From the NCBI GenBank assembly GCA_964106645.2, contig OZ067052.1: 64,000 bases of DNA; one strand, written 5' to 3'. The first letter of the stretch is position 1, and each line of letters opens with the position of its first letter. The position numbers and the translations under genes are program-made. This DNA comes from Podarcis pityusensis (Eukaryota). Below the pieces are notes generated by a model. That model was not told the DNA's origin, searched no databases, and saw only the letters and a list, made by a program, of their open reading frames with translations. Below are positions 36,998 to 50,712 of this stretch, piece after piece.

Positions 36998-38796
36998 ATA
37001 TACATGATGCACAGCTTGACAGCAAAGTCTCAAACCTGCCACAGACAGCTTGGAAGAATGGTTGGGAAGGGAGGGTATTCTCAAGGAGGGATTTGAGTAA
37101 AGTGGGGAGGCTGCTTGGAGTATGCTAAGATAATGATAGTACTTACTAATGATGGTACTTAACATTGACTCAGCCCCTTGTGTTTTGAAAGCATCAAGAG
37201 ATGGTTAGGCACTTTAGATTGCCCACTTGTGCTTTAGCTGTTCTGATTCCCATTTTTAAAGAAGAGGGAACACATTGCCAGATGTCATTCAGCTAGTCTG
37301 GCTAGCAGTGATTCCAAACTTTCCTTTTCCTTTTCTTTTTTATTTGCTGTATACTTTGATACGGTGCTCGAGGCAGCACATCCCAATAACACATGCACAT
37401 AAATGCATACACATACTCAGCCATATAAATATGAAATTGTTGTATTGAAACCATTGAGCCAGCAAGTCTGGAGTATTGTCTGTAGTGATTGGTAACATCC
37501 TTCTGGGATCTCAGGTCTTTCCCAGTCGGGCCACCTGACATCTATTGTAGAGAAGCCAAGGATTAAACCTACCATGTGCAAAACCCCTTCTCAGTAAGAA
37601 GCAAAAGCTGAGCCACACTAGGCAAGAAAGGCTTTGTTTTATCCTCAGACCTTGCTTGCTATGAGAGCATGGATCTTCTGCCTTTTTAGAACATCACCCA
37701 CATAGCAGAAGGAGTTGAGACCAGCCTGTTTGTTCTAGGAGAGTGGATCTCTCATGGTATAGGACAGCAAAAAGAACGTTGCATCCTGTTCCAGGAAACC
37801 CAAGTCTTGCTATGTTGTTGTGGTATCCATTCCAAACTTGGGGCAGGCCGACTTGAAAGCTTGCATGGTGAAGTGGTTGTCAGCATGCTGCTCTTGGATT
37901 CTCAGCAGGTACTTCTGAAATATGGTTTGCGGTCACTGGGCTGGGAAGGGTGGATTTATTGCTGGTTTTGTTTCTATAAATGTAAAGGACTTCATGTTTT
38001 CTTAAAATAAAGTTGTATAAAAAAAGATTGTGGTGGCACAGCAAACTTAGGATTTGGGAACATGATAGAGAATTTAACACATGCAGATTCAAACTTAACA
38101 AAAAGTGCTGATCTCGATTGAATATGATCCCTGAAATGGGTGGTTTGAGCTATACTCCAGAGTGGGCAGTCAGAAGAGGCAAACTTAAATACAGTTGATG
38201 AAAGTGATCAAATATCTTTCAGTTTTATCACCTGGATTCTATGTGTGTCGAGCGCCTTGAAACAAAGTCAGGAGCTTCTTAAGGTGAATTTGACTGCTGT
38301 CTTCAGGTGTCAGAGTGTTCACTTACGAACATGTCCACGTGCAGGATGCGGCCTTGAAGCAGTCAGTGTCCGGATGGGAGACCACCTGGAAGCCCCTTGT
38401 GAGCTGCCTTGAGTTCCATGAAGAAAGGTGTGATGTAAGAGTAACAACCTAACAATGTGTCAGTACTTCTTGGTGATATGTTTTTATATTCTAGGAGTAC
38501 TGTAAGCTTCAGTCAGATTAATCAACCAAATCCTAGGTTGATTACTCAGTGGGATTTAATTTAAACTGGTGAAGTCAGCTTTTAACTGGAGAGGTTGAGC
38601 GTTAAGAACAAGTGCTTAAAAAAAGACTATTTGGTTCTGGTATTTAAGGTAATGGGGGTGTTAAAGATTAGCTTTCCTTCCAACAATGCACAGTAGGTTT
38701 TATTTATTAAATTGTACATTACCTTGGTCTTCCATCATTATCTCCAAAAAGGCATTCATTTTGAGGCTTTGGCAGTATGCAGACAATAATAATTAT

Positions 38797-39090
38797 TATG
38801 ATTATGATTATTTATTTGTACCCCACCCATCTGGCTGGGTTTCCCCAGCCACTCTGGGCAGCTTTCAACAGAGTTTAAAAATACATTAAAACATCAATCA
38901 TTAAAAACTTCACTAAACAGGGCTGCCTTCAGATGTCTTCTAAACATCAGGTAGTTGTTTATCTCTTTGACATCTGATGGGAGGGTGTTCCACAGGATGG
39001 GTGCCACTACCGAGAAGGCCCTCTGCCTGGTTCCCTGTAACTTGGCTTCCTGCAGAAAGGGAACTGCCAGAAGGCCCTTGGCGCTGGACC
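38797..39090 (-). mobile_element. L2-like LINE 3' fragment
   Basis: ORF 38894..39097 RAFSVVAPILWNTLP...FRRHLKAALF is a typical L2 ORF2 C-terminus; (ATT)n-like tail. Confidence 0.8.
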
Positions 39091-39238
39091 GATACATTTC
39101 AGTTGCATCAGTCAGTTAAAAGCAGGCAGTTAATGAACTAAAAGATTAGCGACTGTGGTTATTAGTGTGCAGAAAAGCAGTTCTCAGTTTGCTAATGGGG
39201 GGTGTTGTAGCTGTTATTGGATTACAGCTACCGTAAGA

Positions 39239-39540
39239 CAGAGGTCGGCAACCTAAGGCCCATGGGCTGGAAGTGGCCCATGAGGGTCGCTTAACTGGCC
39301 CATAAGCCGCACCTGAACCGAGCCGCCCACTCAGTGAGTTCCCGTGCGCTGTGCTGAACTGGCACAGCACGGCGCGGGACTCTCTTCCGCGGCTCCGGAA
39401 ATTGCTTCTGCGCATGCCCAGATGCCAGAAATCGCGCTTGCGCAGAAGCGATTTCCAGCGCCGTGGACATGTGCAGATGCGTTTTCCTGCGTTGCACTGC
39501 ACCAGTCCGGCCCATGCCCGGTAAGCCTTGCCAACCCCTG
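39239..39540. mobile_element. hAT (Charlie-like) MITE with CpG-rich interior, inserted in an older MITE
   Basis: Termini CAGAGGTCGGCAAC and TTGCCAACCCCTG; TSD CCGTAAGA / CCATAAGC (6/8). Confidence 0.75.
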
Positions 39541-39665
39541 CCATAAGCCATGATGACTGGGGCTGATGGGAGTTGTAGTCCAACAACAGCTGGAGCCTCC
39601 CTCTGCCATAGGGTAAGCAAACATCGGAATTCACCCTTTCTTGCAATGTTTGTGATTCTCTTCTT

Positions 39666-39860
39666 TTAGTAAGAGCTGTAGGACAGTGGAAGGCACTCCT
39701 TCGAGAGGTGGTGGACTCTCCTTCCTTGGAGGTTTTTAAGCAGAGGTTGGGTGGCCATCTCTCAGGGATGCTTTAGCTGAGATCCCTGCATTGCAGGGGG
39801 CTGCACTAGATGACCCTCGGGGTCCCTCCAAACCCTACACTTCTTTGATTCTATTATTCT
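39666..39860 (+). mobile_element. CR1 3'-end fragment
   Basis: gtaagagctgt...cagtggaa...ctctccttccttggaggtttttaagcagaggttgg, decayed attct tail. Confidence 0.8.
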
Positions 39861-42300
39861 AACTTCTGGGAGGGCTGCAGCATTCGATTCAAATTGGCTA
39901 AAAAGCATTCTGTCTACAAAAGCATTCTGATACATAGGACATAAGGTTTTTTATTTTTAATGCAAAACAAGTAGTTCTAAAAACTGAAGGTAGCAAGTGC
40001 AGTCTTAGGAGAGGGAAGCATTTCGTCACACACACAAAATTGCCACTGTGAGGCCTACTGTGACCCATTGTCTTAAAACACAGTGGTATTATTGCCTCCC
40101 TTGTATGTAAACTTAATTGACTGAGGCTGTAGTCCTAACCCCACTTACCTGGGAATAAGCCCCTTTGAATTCAGTAGAACTTACTTCTGAGTAGACATGG
40201 TTCAGATTGTGCTGTAAGATTATTTAGTCAGGTGGTGGCCCTAGTTGCAGGGATCCACCCAACTTTTTTCTCTTCTGCCTGCTGTGGACATGCTGCAGTG
40301 TGCTGAATCCTTGTCTGCGCATAGCAGCATAGCTGCTGGGTGGTAATGGGTCTGTTGCAGTCACAGTGTCACAGCTGGAGAAAGAAAGAGTGAGTTTCCA
40401 TTTTCAAGGAACAGACTTGTCAGGCAGGTTGACTAGTTAATGAACACAGCAGCGGTGGGAATCCTGATGCTGCTTTTATCTTTTCAGGGCACTGTCTTTC
40501 AATCCTCATCCTTTAATTATGGGAAGCTGAAGGGAGACTGCGAATGCAAAAAGAAGTGGCAATATTATTTATAATTCAGTGTGTCTTCTAAAGTCTGGCA
40601 TTCCCCACCCATAGGTTAAAGTGTCACCTTAAGCAGAGTTTTGGTGGCACATTCCTCTCTACTTCCAGCAGTGGGGAAACTGTGCTTCTGTATTTTCATT
40701 TAGCTATCCCCATGTAGCTAGCTATTAATACCTATTGCTTCTGAGTTTTTATTATTACCACTCCATTCTCCTCTTTACCCAAGCAGAATCTCCAGAGAGA
40801 AAGTGATTCCAGCTTCCTCTGAGATCAGCAAACATGTGGGTCCAACTTTGGGCTTCCTACACATTCAGCAGTTATAAAATGCTGTCCAAACTGCATGGTC
40901 TGCCTGCCCCAGTTCTGCACGCTGAGAAATGTGTGGCAGCAGCATTCTAGACTGGGAATCTGTTGGATCACAAGTCGTCCTAACTGCTCACCTTAGATTA
41001 CAGCCTCTTTGCCCGTGCAGTAACCATTCCTTGCTCAGCTCTGGTTCTTGTTCTTGTTCTCAATCCTATTTTTTTTTTTGTACCTGCTCCTGGCCTTCTC
41101 CTTTCCTGCGTTAGACCAACACAGCTACCTACCTGAATCCTTCTTTCCTGTTTTTGCCATATACCGATCAGCCTTGCATTGTTGTCTTTGAATTGTGTCC
41201 TATCCTTTCAGCATTCAGCATTATCTTTTTTTGCTGCTGGTGGAGCAGAACCCCATTGCCCTAATGGACCAACCACCTCTACTGTCATCCTCTTTTCCAG
41301 GATTATTTTTTTTTGGGGGGGGGGGGAGAAAGACAGGTAAACAAGGCACACTTCCATACTTTGGGGGAAGTCAAGATCTCTGTTACTTGGAGGTGCTCCA
41401 AGCATGCACATTGATAGGTGTGTAGGGCCTCTTAGCACTGCCAGTGAGGCACTCCACACCGAAAGCCCTGCAACGTCCTGAGGCGTACTCTCAGTGATTC
41501 TGAATGCCGCTAACTTGGATGTCATCTTTGTCTTTGCACATCCTTACTGTTGCATAATCAGGGCACCCATTGTATCTTGGCTGAAGGTACCAGTAGCTGT
41601 TCTTCAGGTGATCCCAGTAGCAGGGAAGCTGTGTAGATCAGTGGGTAAGGGCAGCTTGTAGACTTTGAATAATCTCACCCCTCCCCTCCCAGTATGGTGC
41701 ATGACCCATGCATTAGAAGTCCTTATGAGACAGCAGTTGCTGAATATACAAACCTTGTACTATAGCTATTTTTAAAGCAATCTGTTGTGCCATGTCCCTT
41801 CATTAGTGCCTGGAAAAACATCGCTTTGTGAAATTGAGACTACTAGAATGTTGTAAGCAGGAAAAACAGACAGACACATCAATTAGTTTTCAGAAATATA
41901 TTTTAACTCAGATGGTAGCAGAATCTTTGTTTTTAAGTTAATGTCCATATTTTTGTGATCCATATAAGCTTTTTCAATTCCTCATTCCTAAGAAATTAAT
42001 GATTTTACATACCATCGTTAATGTACATGGTCCTTAACAGAGTAACATGGTTCCTCCCTTCACTCAGACAGGTCCCTGGCCACAGAACATAATGTCTAAA
42101 TTTCATTGGAGGCAAGGGAGAAGGAAGGTCAACAGGAGAGAAATGTGAGCAAATGTTGATTATATGGTTTTTTAAAACAATAAAAATACAAAATAAAGCC
42201 ATGACTTTGGGACAATCACTATATTTCAGAATAACCTATTTCATAGGGTTGTTGTGATGATAAAATGGAGAGGGGGAAACCATGTATGCTGCCTTTTGCT

Positions 42301-42515
42301 CATAAGAATATAAGAAGGCTTTGCTGGATCAGGCCAATGGCCCATCTAGTCCAGCATCTTGTTCTCCTGGTGGCCAGCCAGGTGCCTGGGGGAAGCCCTG
42401 CAGGCAGGATTTGAACACAGGAGCAGCCCTCTGGCCTCCTGTGGTTTCCAGCAACCAATTTTCAGAAGCATGACTGTTTCCAACCGTGGAGGGAGAACAG
42501 CCGTCAGGACTAGTA
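42301..42515 (-). mobile_element. Old CR1 3'-end fragment
   Basis: cataagaatataagaagg...gctggatcaggccaatggcccatctagtccagcatc, the reverse complement of the CR1 end seen at 7250-7300. Confidence 0.75.
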
Positions 42516-45500
42516 GGTCACTGGAGGAAAGGTAGGATGTGAATGTAGGAAATAATGATGCTGATTAGATTATAAACTGCCCTGAGCATTTCTTTTAATT
42601 TAAATTTGTGGAGGGGGAATACTTGAGTTTCATTTTGGTTGAGGTGAAGACAGATGGTTGTATTGAAAGTAGCACTAAGTAGCTCCTTGCATGAGAGAAA
42701 CAACTTGTGCAACAGGACTCCCCACCCCCACCCCCAAATCTGTTCTGGGGATTCCCCCAACCCTCTGCAGCAAATCTGGGGACAGGATGGGGGTGAAGAG
42801 GTGGAAGTCCCATTGTGCTAGTGGAAGTTGTTCCACTTGCAGTTATTTAATTGAATACCACTGTAGTGGGTTAAAGTCAAAGGAGTCACAAAGAATTCAA
42901 TTCACAGGCTCCAGTTACCTGGAGAATGGGTTCTTCTTTGCTGGAAATCTGTTACAGATACTTGATAACATTATTTTCATTGCATTTTCAATATCTCTCT
43001 GCGTGTGCACGTGCGTGAGCACAGCCATGAACTCTATACAGAAATGCCTTTGGGCCTGCCCCTCATGATGTCCGCTGCTGGGACGTCAGGAAAGCTAAGC
43101 TGTGCTTTGCAAACCTGGTCTTGGCAAACTTGGTCTCTGGCCTAATGTGCTGGGAACAGCCCAAGGGGACACTCAGCAGATTTTCTGAAGTTGCCTTCAA
43201 GGATGAGTGCTGTCCTCACAGTCATGTAGAAGCAGTTTTTCTATTGTCAATTTTATCAGAGGGTTATAGAACGTATAGTTAACTTTATCCCCTCATGAAG
43301 TGGTTTCCTTATGATAAAGTATCTTCTTTCGGGGGGGGGGGTCTGTATCATAAATCCATTACCAAACAGGTGGCAAAATATCTAAGTGCTGTAATATCTC
43401 TTAGACCTGCTGCAATTGCTAGTTACTAACTTATTACATTCTGAGACTGTGATTTTGTATTTTTTATGTTTCATACTTTTAAAATCTTTTGTTGGGGTTG
43501 TTTTGAGGAAATTCATTATGTTTGCAAACTCATTGTTGCAATAAGTCCCTATTTTTTTCCCTCTGATAGTTGCAGTGTTCGTCCATACATTGAGCAGAGA
43601 ATCCTTACATGGCATTTTTATAAAAGTGGGGTCTCTGTCTGTATTTTGCCATGTGGTGGGCAATTATTATATGTTGACATTTCCTTAGTTTATTTTGTTA
43701 AAAAGATAAATAAACTCAGTTCACCTTCATTTGCTTCCACCATTCACTGTTGACACCTCAGCTATGATACCCAGTTAGGGAAACAATGGATCATAAAGCG
43801 GATTGTTTTAAATATATCTGATTTCACATATTAATATATTTTTATTAAAGTGTTTTAAAACTGTTTTTAGGGCCAACCTCTCACAAGCCAGCTTCCAACA
43901 TATAAAGACACAAAGGTATACAAACCTTAAAAATATATTTTTAAAAATCAGCATAAAACAGCAATAGGAATCTATAACAATCAAAATAGCAATAAGAACA
44001 GCATTGAACCCAGCATACTATAGTTAAAATCCAGTTAGCAGCATAATCTATTTCAGGAAAATATGATTCAGAACATGGAGCCTGTAATGATGGCACGGTG
44101 CATATTTAACCCTTCCTGTTGGTGATTAACAGGGTCTCAGCTCTTGGCTTCACTCTTACAGTTGAACTCAGAACTGAAAGGGGCATGTCCCATTACAGTA
44201 ATACTTTCTGGAATAGTTCTATATTCAGTAACAAATGGGAAAAGGGAACATGCTACGTAGTAAGTTCTGCATTCACTGACACTTTTTGAGACTTATCTTT
44301 GTAAATTTAGTCAGATTGTCACAGAATTAAAATGCAGCATCTTCTTGGGCTTGATGGACCACATCACATAAATGGGCAGTAGCCTTTTCTTCCCCATCGC
44401 TTTTTCTCTGACATTCTAGTGTCCCCAGTCCACTAGGATCACTGTTCATTGGTTGTTCCTTTTGACCTCTGCCTTTAAGAGTGAGATGTTTCCCCCCAAG
44501 CCCATTAAGACCATGATGTTGATCTATAATTCTCTGTAGCCAACAGCAAGAGGCACTCTTTTAGCTTTTGCCATAGTTAGAGACCAAAACAAGCCCTGCT
44601 GCACCACCAATCATGGGGGGAAAGCCCCAAATCCCATAGTTGCAGCATCCCATAAATGCAGTTGTGGCCAGTTGCGTGGAATAAAGATCCTAGGGACAAG
44701 TCTGTTTCACTGATGCTTTTTGCGTACAGCATACAGAGCTGTTTTCTCTCATTGAGGCAATATCATTTCACAGCATTTGCTTTTAATGCAACCATAGAGC
44801 CAACACACATTTCGCTAATAAAATGAGGTGATGGCAGAAGCAAAGTGATGTATCTCCAAGTTCCTTGGGACCTTTTGAAGAATACTGGAGCCTGTCTTTC
44901 TAGGTTGAGAAACAGCCAGCTTCTGGATTCTAGCGGCTAAGCAGCACCGTGAGAGACTGCTGTTGCTGGCTGGCCTGTTTGTGGACTTCCCAAAAGATGT
45001 TATTGGCCACTGTCAGAAGCAGGATGTTGGATTAATTAGATTAATTAAGAGCAGGGCTGCTCTTATATTCCTAGATCAGGGGTAAGCACTGGCAACCCCT
45101 GGGCTAAATCTTCATGTGCCCTTGCACACTTGCCAATTCAGGGGTGAAAAAGGACTTTGGAAGGACCATCTCTATGGGTGGATTCAATGGCAACCCCTGT
45201 GGGGGCTGGGACAGGGACCTACCGTCTTTGCCTCTCTGTCTTGGAATGGTATTCTCTGGTGGATCACAGTGGTAGATAGTCTGGTCTGATTATTGTTTTC
45301 AATATATACAGTGATTGATCGCCTCATGCCTAGAAACAACTGCTGCAAACCTTTGCATGAGCGTTACAATTTCAGATTGCAGGCGAGGGCTACTTGGCCT
45401 TACAAATAAATTGGATATAAATTCTCATACATGGTAATAGGTTTGTCCATAGGAATGACTTCTCAGAATACAGAAAAGTGATATAACAGGGGGAAGAAGA

Positions 45501-47000
45501 CTAGACTAGAACCCTTCTCACTAATATGTTAGTTTGCTGTGTGCATGGGATCTCTCTCTTTCTCTCATACACACACAAATTATATATAATATGTAATTTG
45601 TATGGAGGAGTATTGAGCCTTGTGACCCCCACCCCCCACCTCCACCCCACCCCCCGGAATGTGAAGTGGTACCATCTGACATGACCTGCATTAATTAATA
45701 AAATTTCTTCTTGGGTCTAATTAAACACAAAGGACCGTCCTTGGAGATTATTATGTATGTCCAGCAGGACTCCCATCTTTCATGCTTTGAACATATGAAT
45801 CTTTAGCAACTATAGCATGGCAAGGATTGCATAGTTAGTCCTTTAAATCAAAACCACAATTATTCTGAGGTGCTTAAGTCCTTCCCAACAATGTAGAAAT
45901 CTAAGTATAGAAGCAAATGTCAATAGCTCTTATGTTTTAAATAATACCACAGTACCTTTCCTGCTGTTATGTCTTTCGTACAGGCTATTACAGGTGAGTA
46001 GGTTTTATAGATTAGATTTTATGGCGCAGCGGCATCTGAAATATCTAAGAGCACAACATGGTGTGCTTATTGGCATAAAGGCTTGAGGGGGAGGGAAGGG
46101 GAATCTACTGGGGCACCTCTTCCGTGTACAGAGTGCTTCTCACAACGTAGAGACCTAAGAGCCGTAATAATGGTGGTTTGGTTTTAAAGTTCTGTCTACA
46201 GAATTCTAACTGCATTTCCCAGGAGATTATGAATGCAGGGGGCAAATTTACTTCTATTTTAGCAGCTTTGTGTGTTCTGTGGGTCTTGGTGTTCATTAGA
46301 CTACTAAGGATTTGAGAGTGTTTGCATTTATTATGTAGGCATTCTGCTTCGTGGTACTAGAAGCTAAATGTTTGCACTGAAGTCAGACACCAACCCCAAG
46401 CTGAGCTGGACTGTTCTGGAAAGATTTGGGACTTGTCTAAACTGAAGTCAAATCCCTCCAAATCACCCCAAACTGAACTAGGAGCCTCAGAAGCAACTTA
46501 GATATATTTTTTTAATATCTCTTTTAGGTTCCCCACCCCCAAATCATATTTAAAGGCAACTAGCGCAAACACTCATGCATCTATCCTTCATAAATTTGGC
46601 AGGTTTCTTGCACCTCTCTGATATGTGCGGTTATGCAAATTGTCCACAAAAGTGGGAAGGATCAAATGAATCCTAAGCCACCTTGAAACTGTAAAAATTG
46701 CCCAGGAAAACCACTGCTGTTAGTTTCTGCATTTAGTCCTTTGAATCCAGTCCCTGGTTGGTAAACTGCTTCCTATCTAGACTTGATTACTGCTGTTGTT
46801 GTTTATTTTAGAACATAGACTTAGTTAAGACATTACATTAAACTATGGTTAAGAATATTTAAATTGTGATTTAGTGTAATGATAAACCATGATTTGCAAT
46901 CTGCTAACAAACCAGGTTTGAAAATCATGACTTGACTAGTTCTGCCCCCTTGATTTATGCCAGCAATGAGTTGGCATGATATTTGAAATGATGTAATATA

Positions 47001-47210
47001 CAGTGGTACCTTGGGTTAAGAATTCGTTCTAGAGGTCTGTTCTTAACCTGAAACTGTTCTTAACCTGAGGTACCACTTTAGCTAATGGGGCCTCCTGCTG
47101 CCGCCGTGCGATTTCTGTTCTCATCCTGACGCAAAGTTCTTAACCCGAGGTACTATTTCTGGGTTAGCGGAGTCTGTAACCTGAAGCGTCTGTAACCCGA
47201 GGTACCACTG
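47001..47210. mobile_element. Tc1/mariner (Tigger-like) MITE
   Basis: TA TSD on both sides; TIR CAGTGGTACCT(T/C)GGGTTA. Confidence 0.9.
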
Positions 47211-50200
47211 TAGTTGCTGTCATTCCTCTTTTTCCAGAGGGCCCTGTGCCGTAGTGTTGAATAGATGGAAATGAAAGCATCGGAGCAACTCTAAATCATT
47301 GTTAGCTAAACTTGAAAATGAAATCACCTAAGCACTTCTGAACCATTCAGGTGTTTCTGGATGAGGCAGGAGATAGATGATGTTTCAATTTATATACCAC
47401 CCTTTGTCAAAAGATCCCAACGTTAAGAACACATTCTACACATTGTGGCTCTTTTGCCAATCAGGATTGGGAAAATTATGTCTGAACGAACCATATGATT
47501 ATTGCAAACCATTGTTGGTAAGATACTTGAATTAAGTCATACCATGAAGTAAAATTTTTGTTTGAAGACATGAGAGATTTGACTGTATAATTGAAATAAA
47601 TGTTGGGGCCCTCGGGGGCAGCTGCAAGACTTTCAACTATTTTTAACTAGTTTTGTGTGAAACTAGCAATTTTAAAGTTATTGGACACCTCTAAAAAGAC
47701 ACTGCTGAAGTTAACGAAGGAATGTAATTGTGTTCTTTGCCAGCATCTTTCCCTTAACAAGCAATTGATGCATCTTGCAAAACTTGAATTTAAACTGAAT
47801 ATTGTGTATGTGTGAGTGTATCTGTCATTATCTTTTCTGAGCCTTCAGGATGGGGAGAGCTAAAAATTAATTTAGATGTAGGATTAGTTCTCACATTACT
47901 CCCATGGCTGTAAGAAACCTCAGGCTAAGTAATCTATGGAACAGGGCATTCTCTATGAGGACACAGATCAGACAGCTCCATATAATGTATAAAGTTATGT
48001 TTATATAATTATAGAATGCGTAAAGTAGCTCAGGTTTGCCTTTGTGCAAGTTGGATCTCTCTGTCTATCTCATAAGGTAGATGCAAACGAAGTTAATAAG
48101 ACTTTTAAATGTCTGTTGTGTGTGGGAAAGGACTGTAAAAGTAATAATATTAGTCACTTTTCTCATGTAAGGTGTTCAGAACATACTCATAATAATGATA
48201 GTATAATGGTGAGGATATAATGTTGGGAGGAGAAAAAGACAAAAGACAAGTGATGTAGCCCTGTTGAATTTAATTCAAGGTGAAAACTTGAATGCTCACT
48301 TTAAATGATTAATTGGATATTTACTGGCAGTGGTCAGGCTAGCAATAGCCAGATTTTGGAAGGGATTGGAAAGGACAACTCTTAGACATGATACCATAAG
48401 GTGTGGCAGATTACTTTAAAGGAAAAACTTACGAAGAAGCTAAAAATGGCAAGGAGAGATTGCCAAAATAATGTTGGGAAGAAGACAGAATTTATAGAAG
48501 AGGGCTTGGGTTGTTTATCTCTCTCACCAAGCTTCCTGTCTCAAATACAGTTCCTGTTAACTGAATATACCTTGGGACAGACAGGTGGTCTTGGAAGTGC
48601 TGTTGAAGCCCCCTCGGTTAGGTGACTTCAGTTTCCTTGTCCTTTCAAACAGGTGTGGTTCTATCTCCACATGCTAGTGGACTGGTTAATTGGAGCCAGT
48701 TCAGATAGCTAATGGTTCCAACTCGTGTTAGGGGATATTTATTCTGATACTGCCTCTTTTCTATCAAAACTCCTAGTGAACACCTAAAACAAGAAATTAG
48801 CATGGGTAGTTGACACAGTAGTTTCTTGGTATTCTTTCTTGCTAGTTGGAAGGATGTGTGCCTAAGGCCAACATGGTGCCCCCAGATGCTCTTGAACTGC
48901 CATGGCCCCTGGCCAACATCTGGATGGCTCTGTGTTTGCTGCCCCTGATTTAATGGCAGTGAGGCAGGTGGGCTGGCAATTCAAGCCCAGGCAGAAGGAA
49001 ACTCCTGATGACTCTTCTCAAATGTGGGCCTGTTCCTTGGCAGTGATGGTGGCATGCTTCCATGTCCTCCCACACGGCATCCAGCTGCATGGGATATTGT
49101 AATACATTTCATGCTTTGTGCTTACCATGGGTTTCACCCAATTTTTCTTGGACTCAGATTGAGGAGGCCCAATGAAAATCCCTGCTAGTCCTCAAAGGCT
49201 TTTAAGTGACCTTGGGCCAGTCACCATCTTTTAGCCTAACCTACATCTCTGTAGCTCTAGAGGACAGCAATATGAGTAGTGGGTAGAAATTGCAGTGAAG
49301 CAGAGTTCAGCACTCTCATGGTAAGAGCTGTTAGGGCCTATCCATACTTCTTCCACTTGTCGCATTGCAGATTAGTATTGCCATGAGTTTTGTCTTCATG
49401 CCACACCTTACTCTGCACTATTTCAAAGAGGCATCACTGAAAATGCCTGAGCTCCTGCCCATCGCTGTTCTCTGTTCTGCTTTTTCTGCCTTCTTACCCA
49501 CCCCTTTCTTCACCCCTTCTGCCCCCTTGCACTTCAGCATAGCTGCTCGTCTTTTCTGTTGCTCTTTGTCAGGGCTTCTTGCGGTCCATTGTGTTCCTGC
49601 ACACATGCACACAATATCATGTTGTCACTTCTCTGGAACCTCCAAGGGGGAGTCCAACAAGCACAAGGTAAAAATAGACCATAATTTAATTGCCATTAAA
49701 AGAAGACCACCTACACAGCCCTTAATGTAGAATATTTGAGGTGGCGGTGGCAGGGAAGGAAGGAGAAAATTTGGACAGTGTATGTTCCCCAGTCATTTCC
49801 AACTTTTACATTGTGCTTGCACGCATTGGCACAGGAAAGGGAAACTGCTTTCACTCACATATATGTAGTTGATTGCAATGCCTGTATGAGCGCTAAAGCG
49901 GGGCACAATTTTTTTTAAAAAAAATATGTGGGGCAGAGAACCGAAAATGGACAGCAAGGGACTGGCAGATTGACTGAAGGTGTGGGTGGAGACAGAAGGG
50001 ATAGAGGTGACAGAAGTGAAAGAGGAATGGCCACACAATGTGCCACAAGGGAAAATGTGTTTTTTTTTTGTTTTGTTCAGGAGTCCAAAAGGGATCTGAT
50101 CTGGTCGGAAGGGGAACAAATTTCTATATTTCTATTCGGCGGTAAAAAGCCGTTTTTCACATTTCTGTGTCAGAATATAAATGAAAAGCTTTCAGCCCAG

Positions 50201-50570
50201 TGCTACAGATCTGATGGAGGTTCTAAGAAAATGAGGGACCAATGGAAGTGTGGGCGGGGCAGGTGTGTGGGAGGGGGCGGCCCTGGGGGTGGGCTCTTCT
50301 CTGCCGGAGCTGGAGGTGAATTCTGCTTTGAACAGCGATTTGAAAAGATGACCTTCAAGGTCCCTTTTTCACTCTCAGAATCTAAGGTTGTTGTGTGGAT
50401 AAAATGCATGGGGAGGGGGGCAGTGGCAATGTTCCTTGCCTTGAGCAGTTTCTGAAAAAGGCCAAAAAGAAAATGGAAGCAAGTCACTAAGCTAAGTTCT
50501 CAATGGACAGTCAGGAGAAGTGTCATGAGGACACAGTAATCATAATTTTACCCCACTTCATTTGTTACAG

Positions 50571-50712
50571 ATTCAGTGGTGTTTTCCCCAGCCTGAATAT
50601 GGCAGTAAAGCGGCGGGAACAAACTCTTCAAGATTACAAGAGGCTGCAATCTAAGGTGGAGAAGTATGAAGAGAAGGAGAAGACGGGACCCATCCTGACC
50701 AAGTTGCACCAG
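50571..50712 (+). CDS. BIN3: BIN3 internal coding exon (exon 7 equivalent), FSGVFPSLNMAVKRREQ...ILTKLHQ
   Basis: tttgttacag|A TTC AGT...CAC CAG|gtactg; 142 nt; peptide in ORF 50503..50865. Confidence 0.96.

Noticed and set aside
38362-38393. GGATGGGAGACCACCTGG resembling 5S rRNA box C
   Set aside because: Too short and degenerate; at most a relic of a 5S-derived SINE, not an rRNA gene
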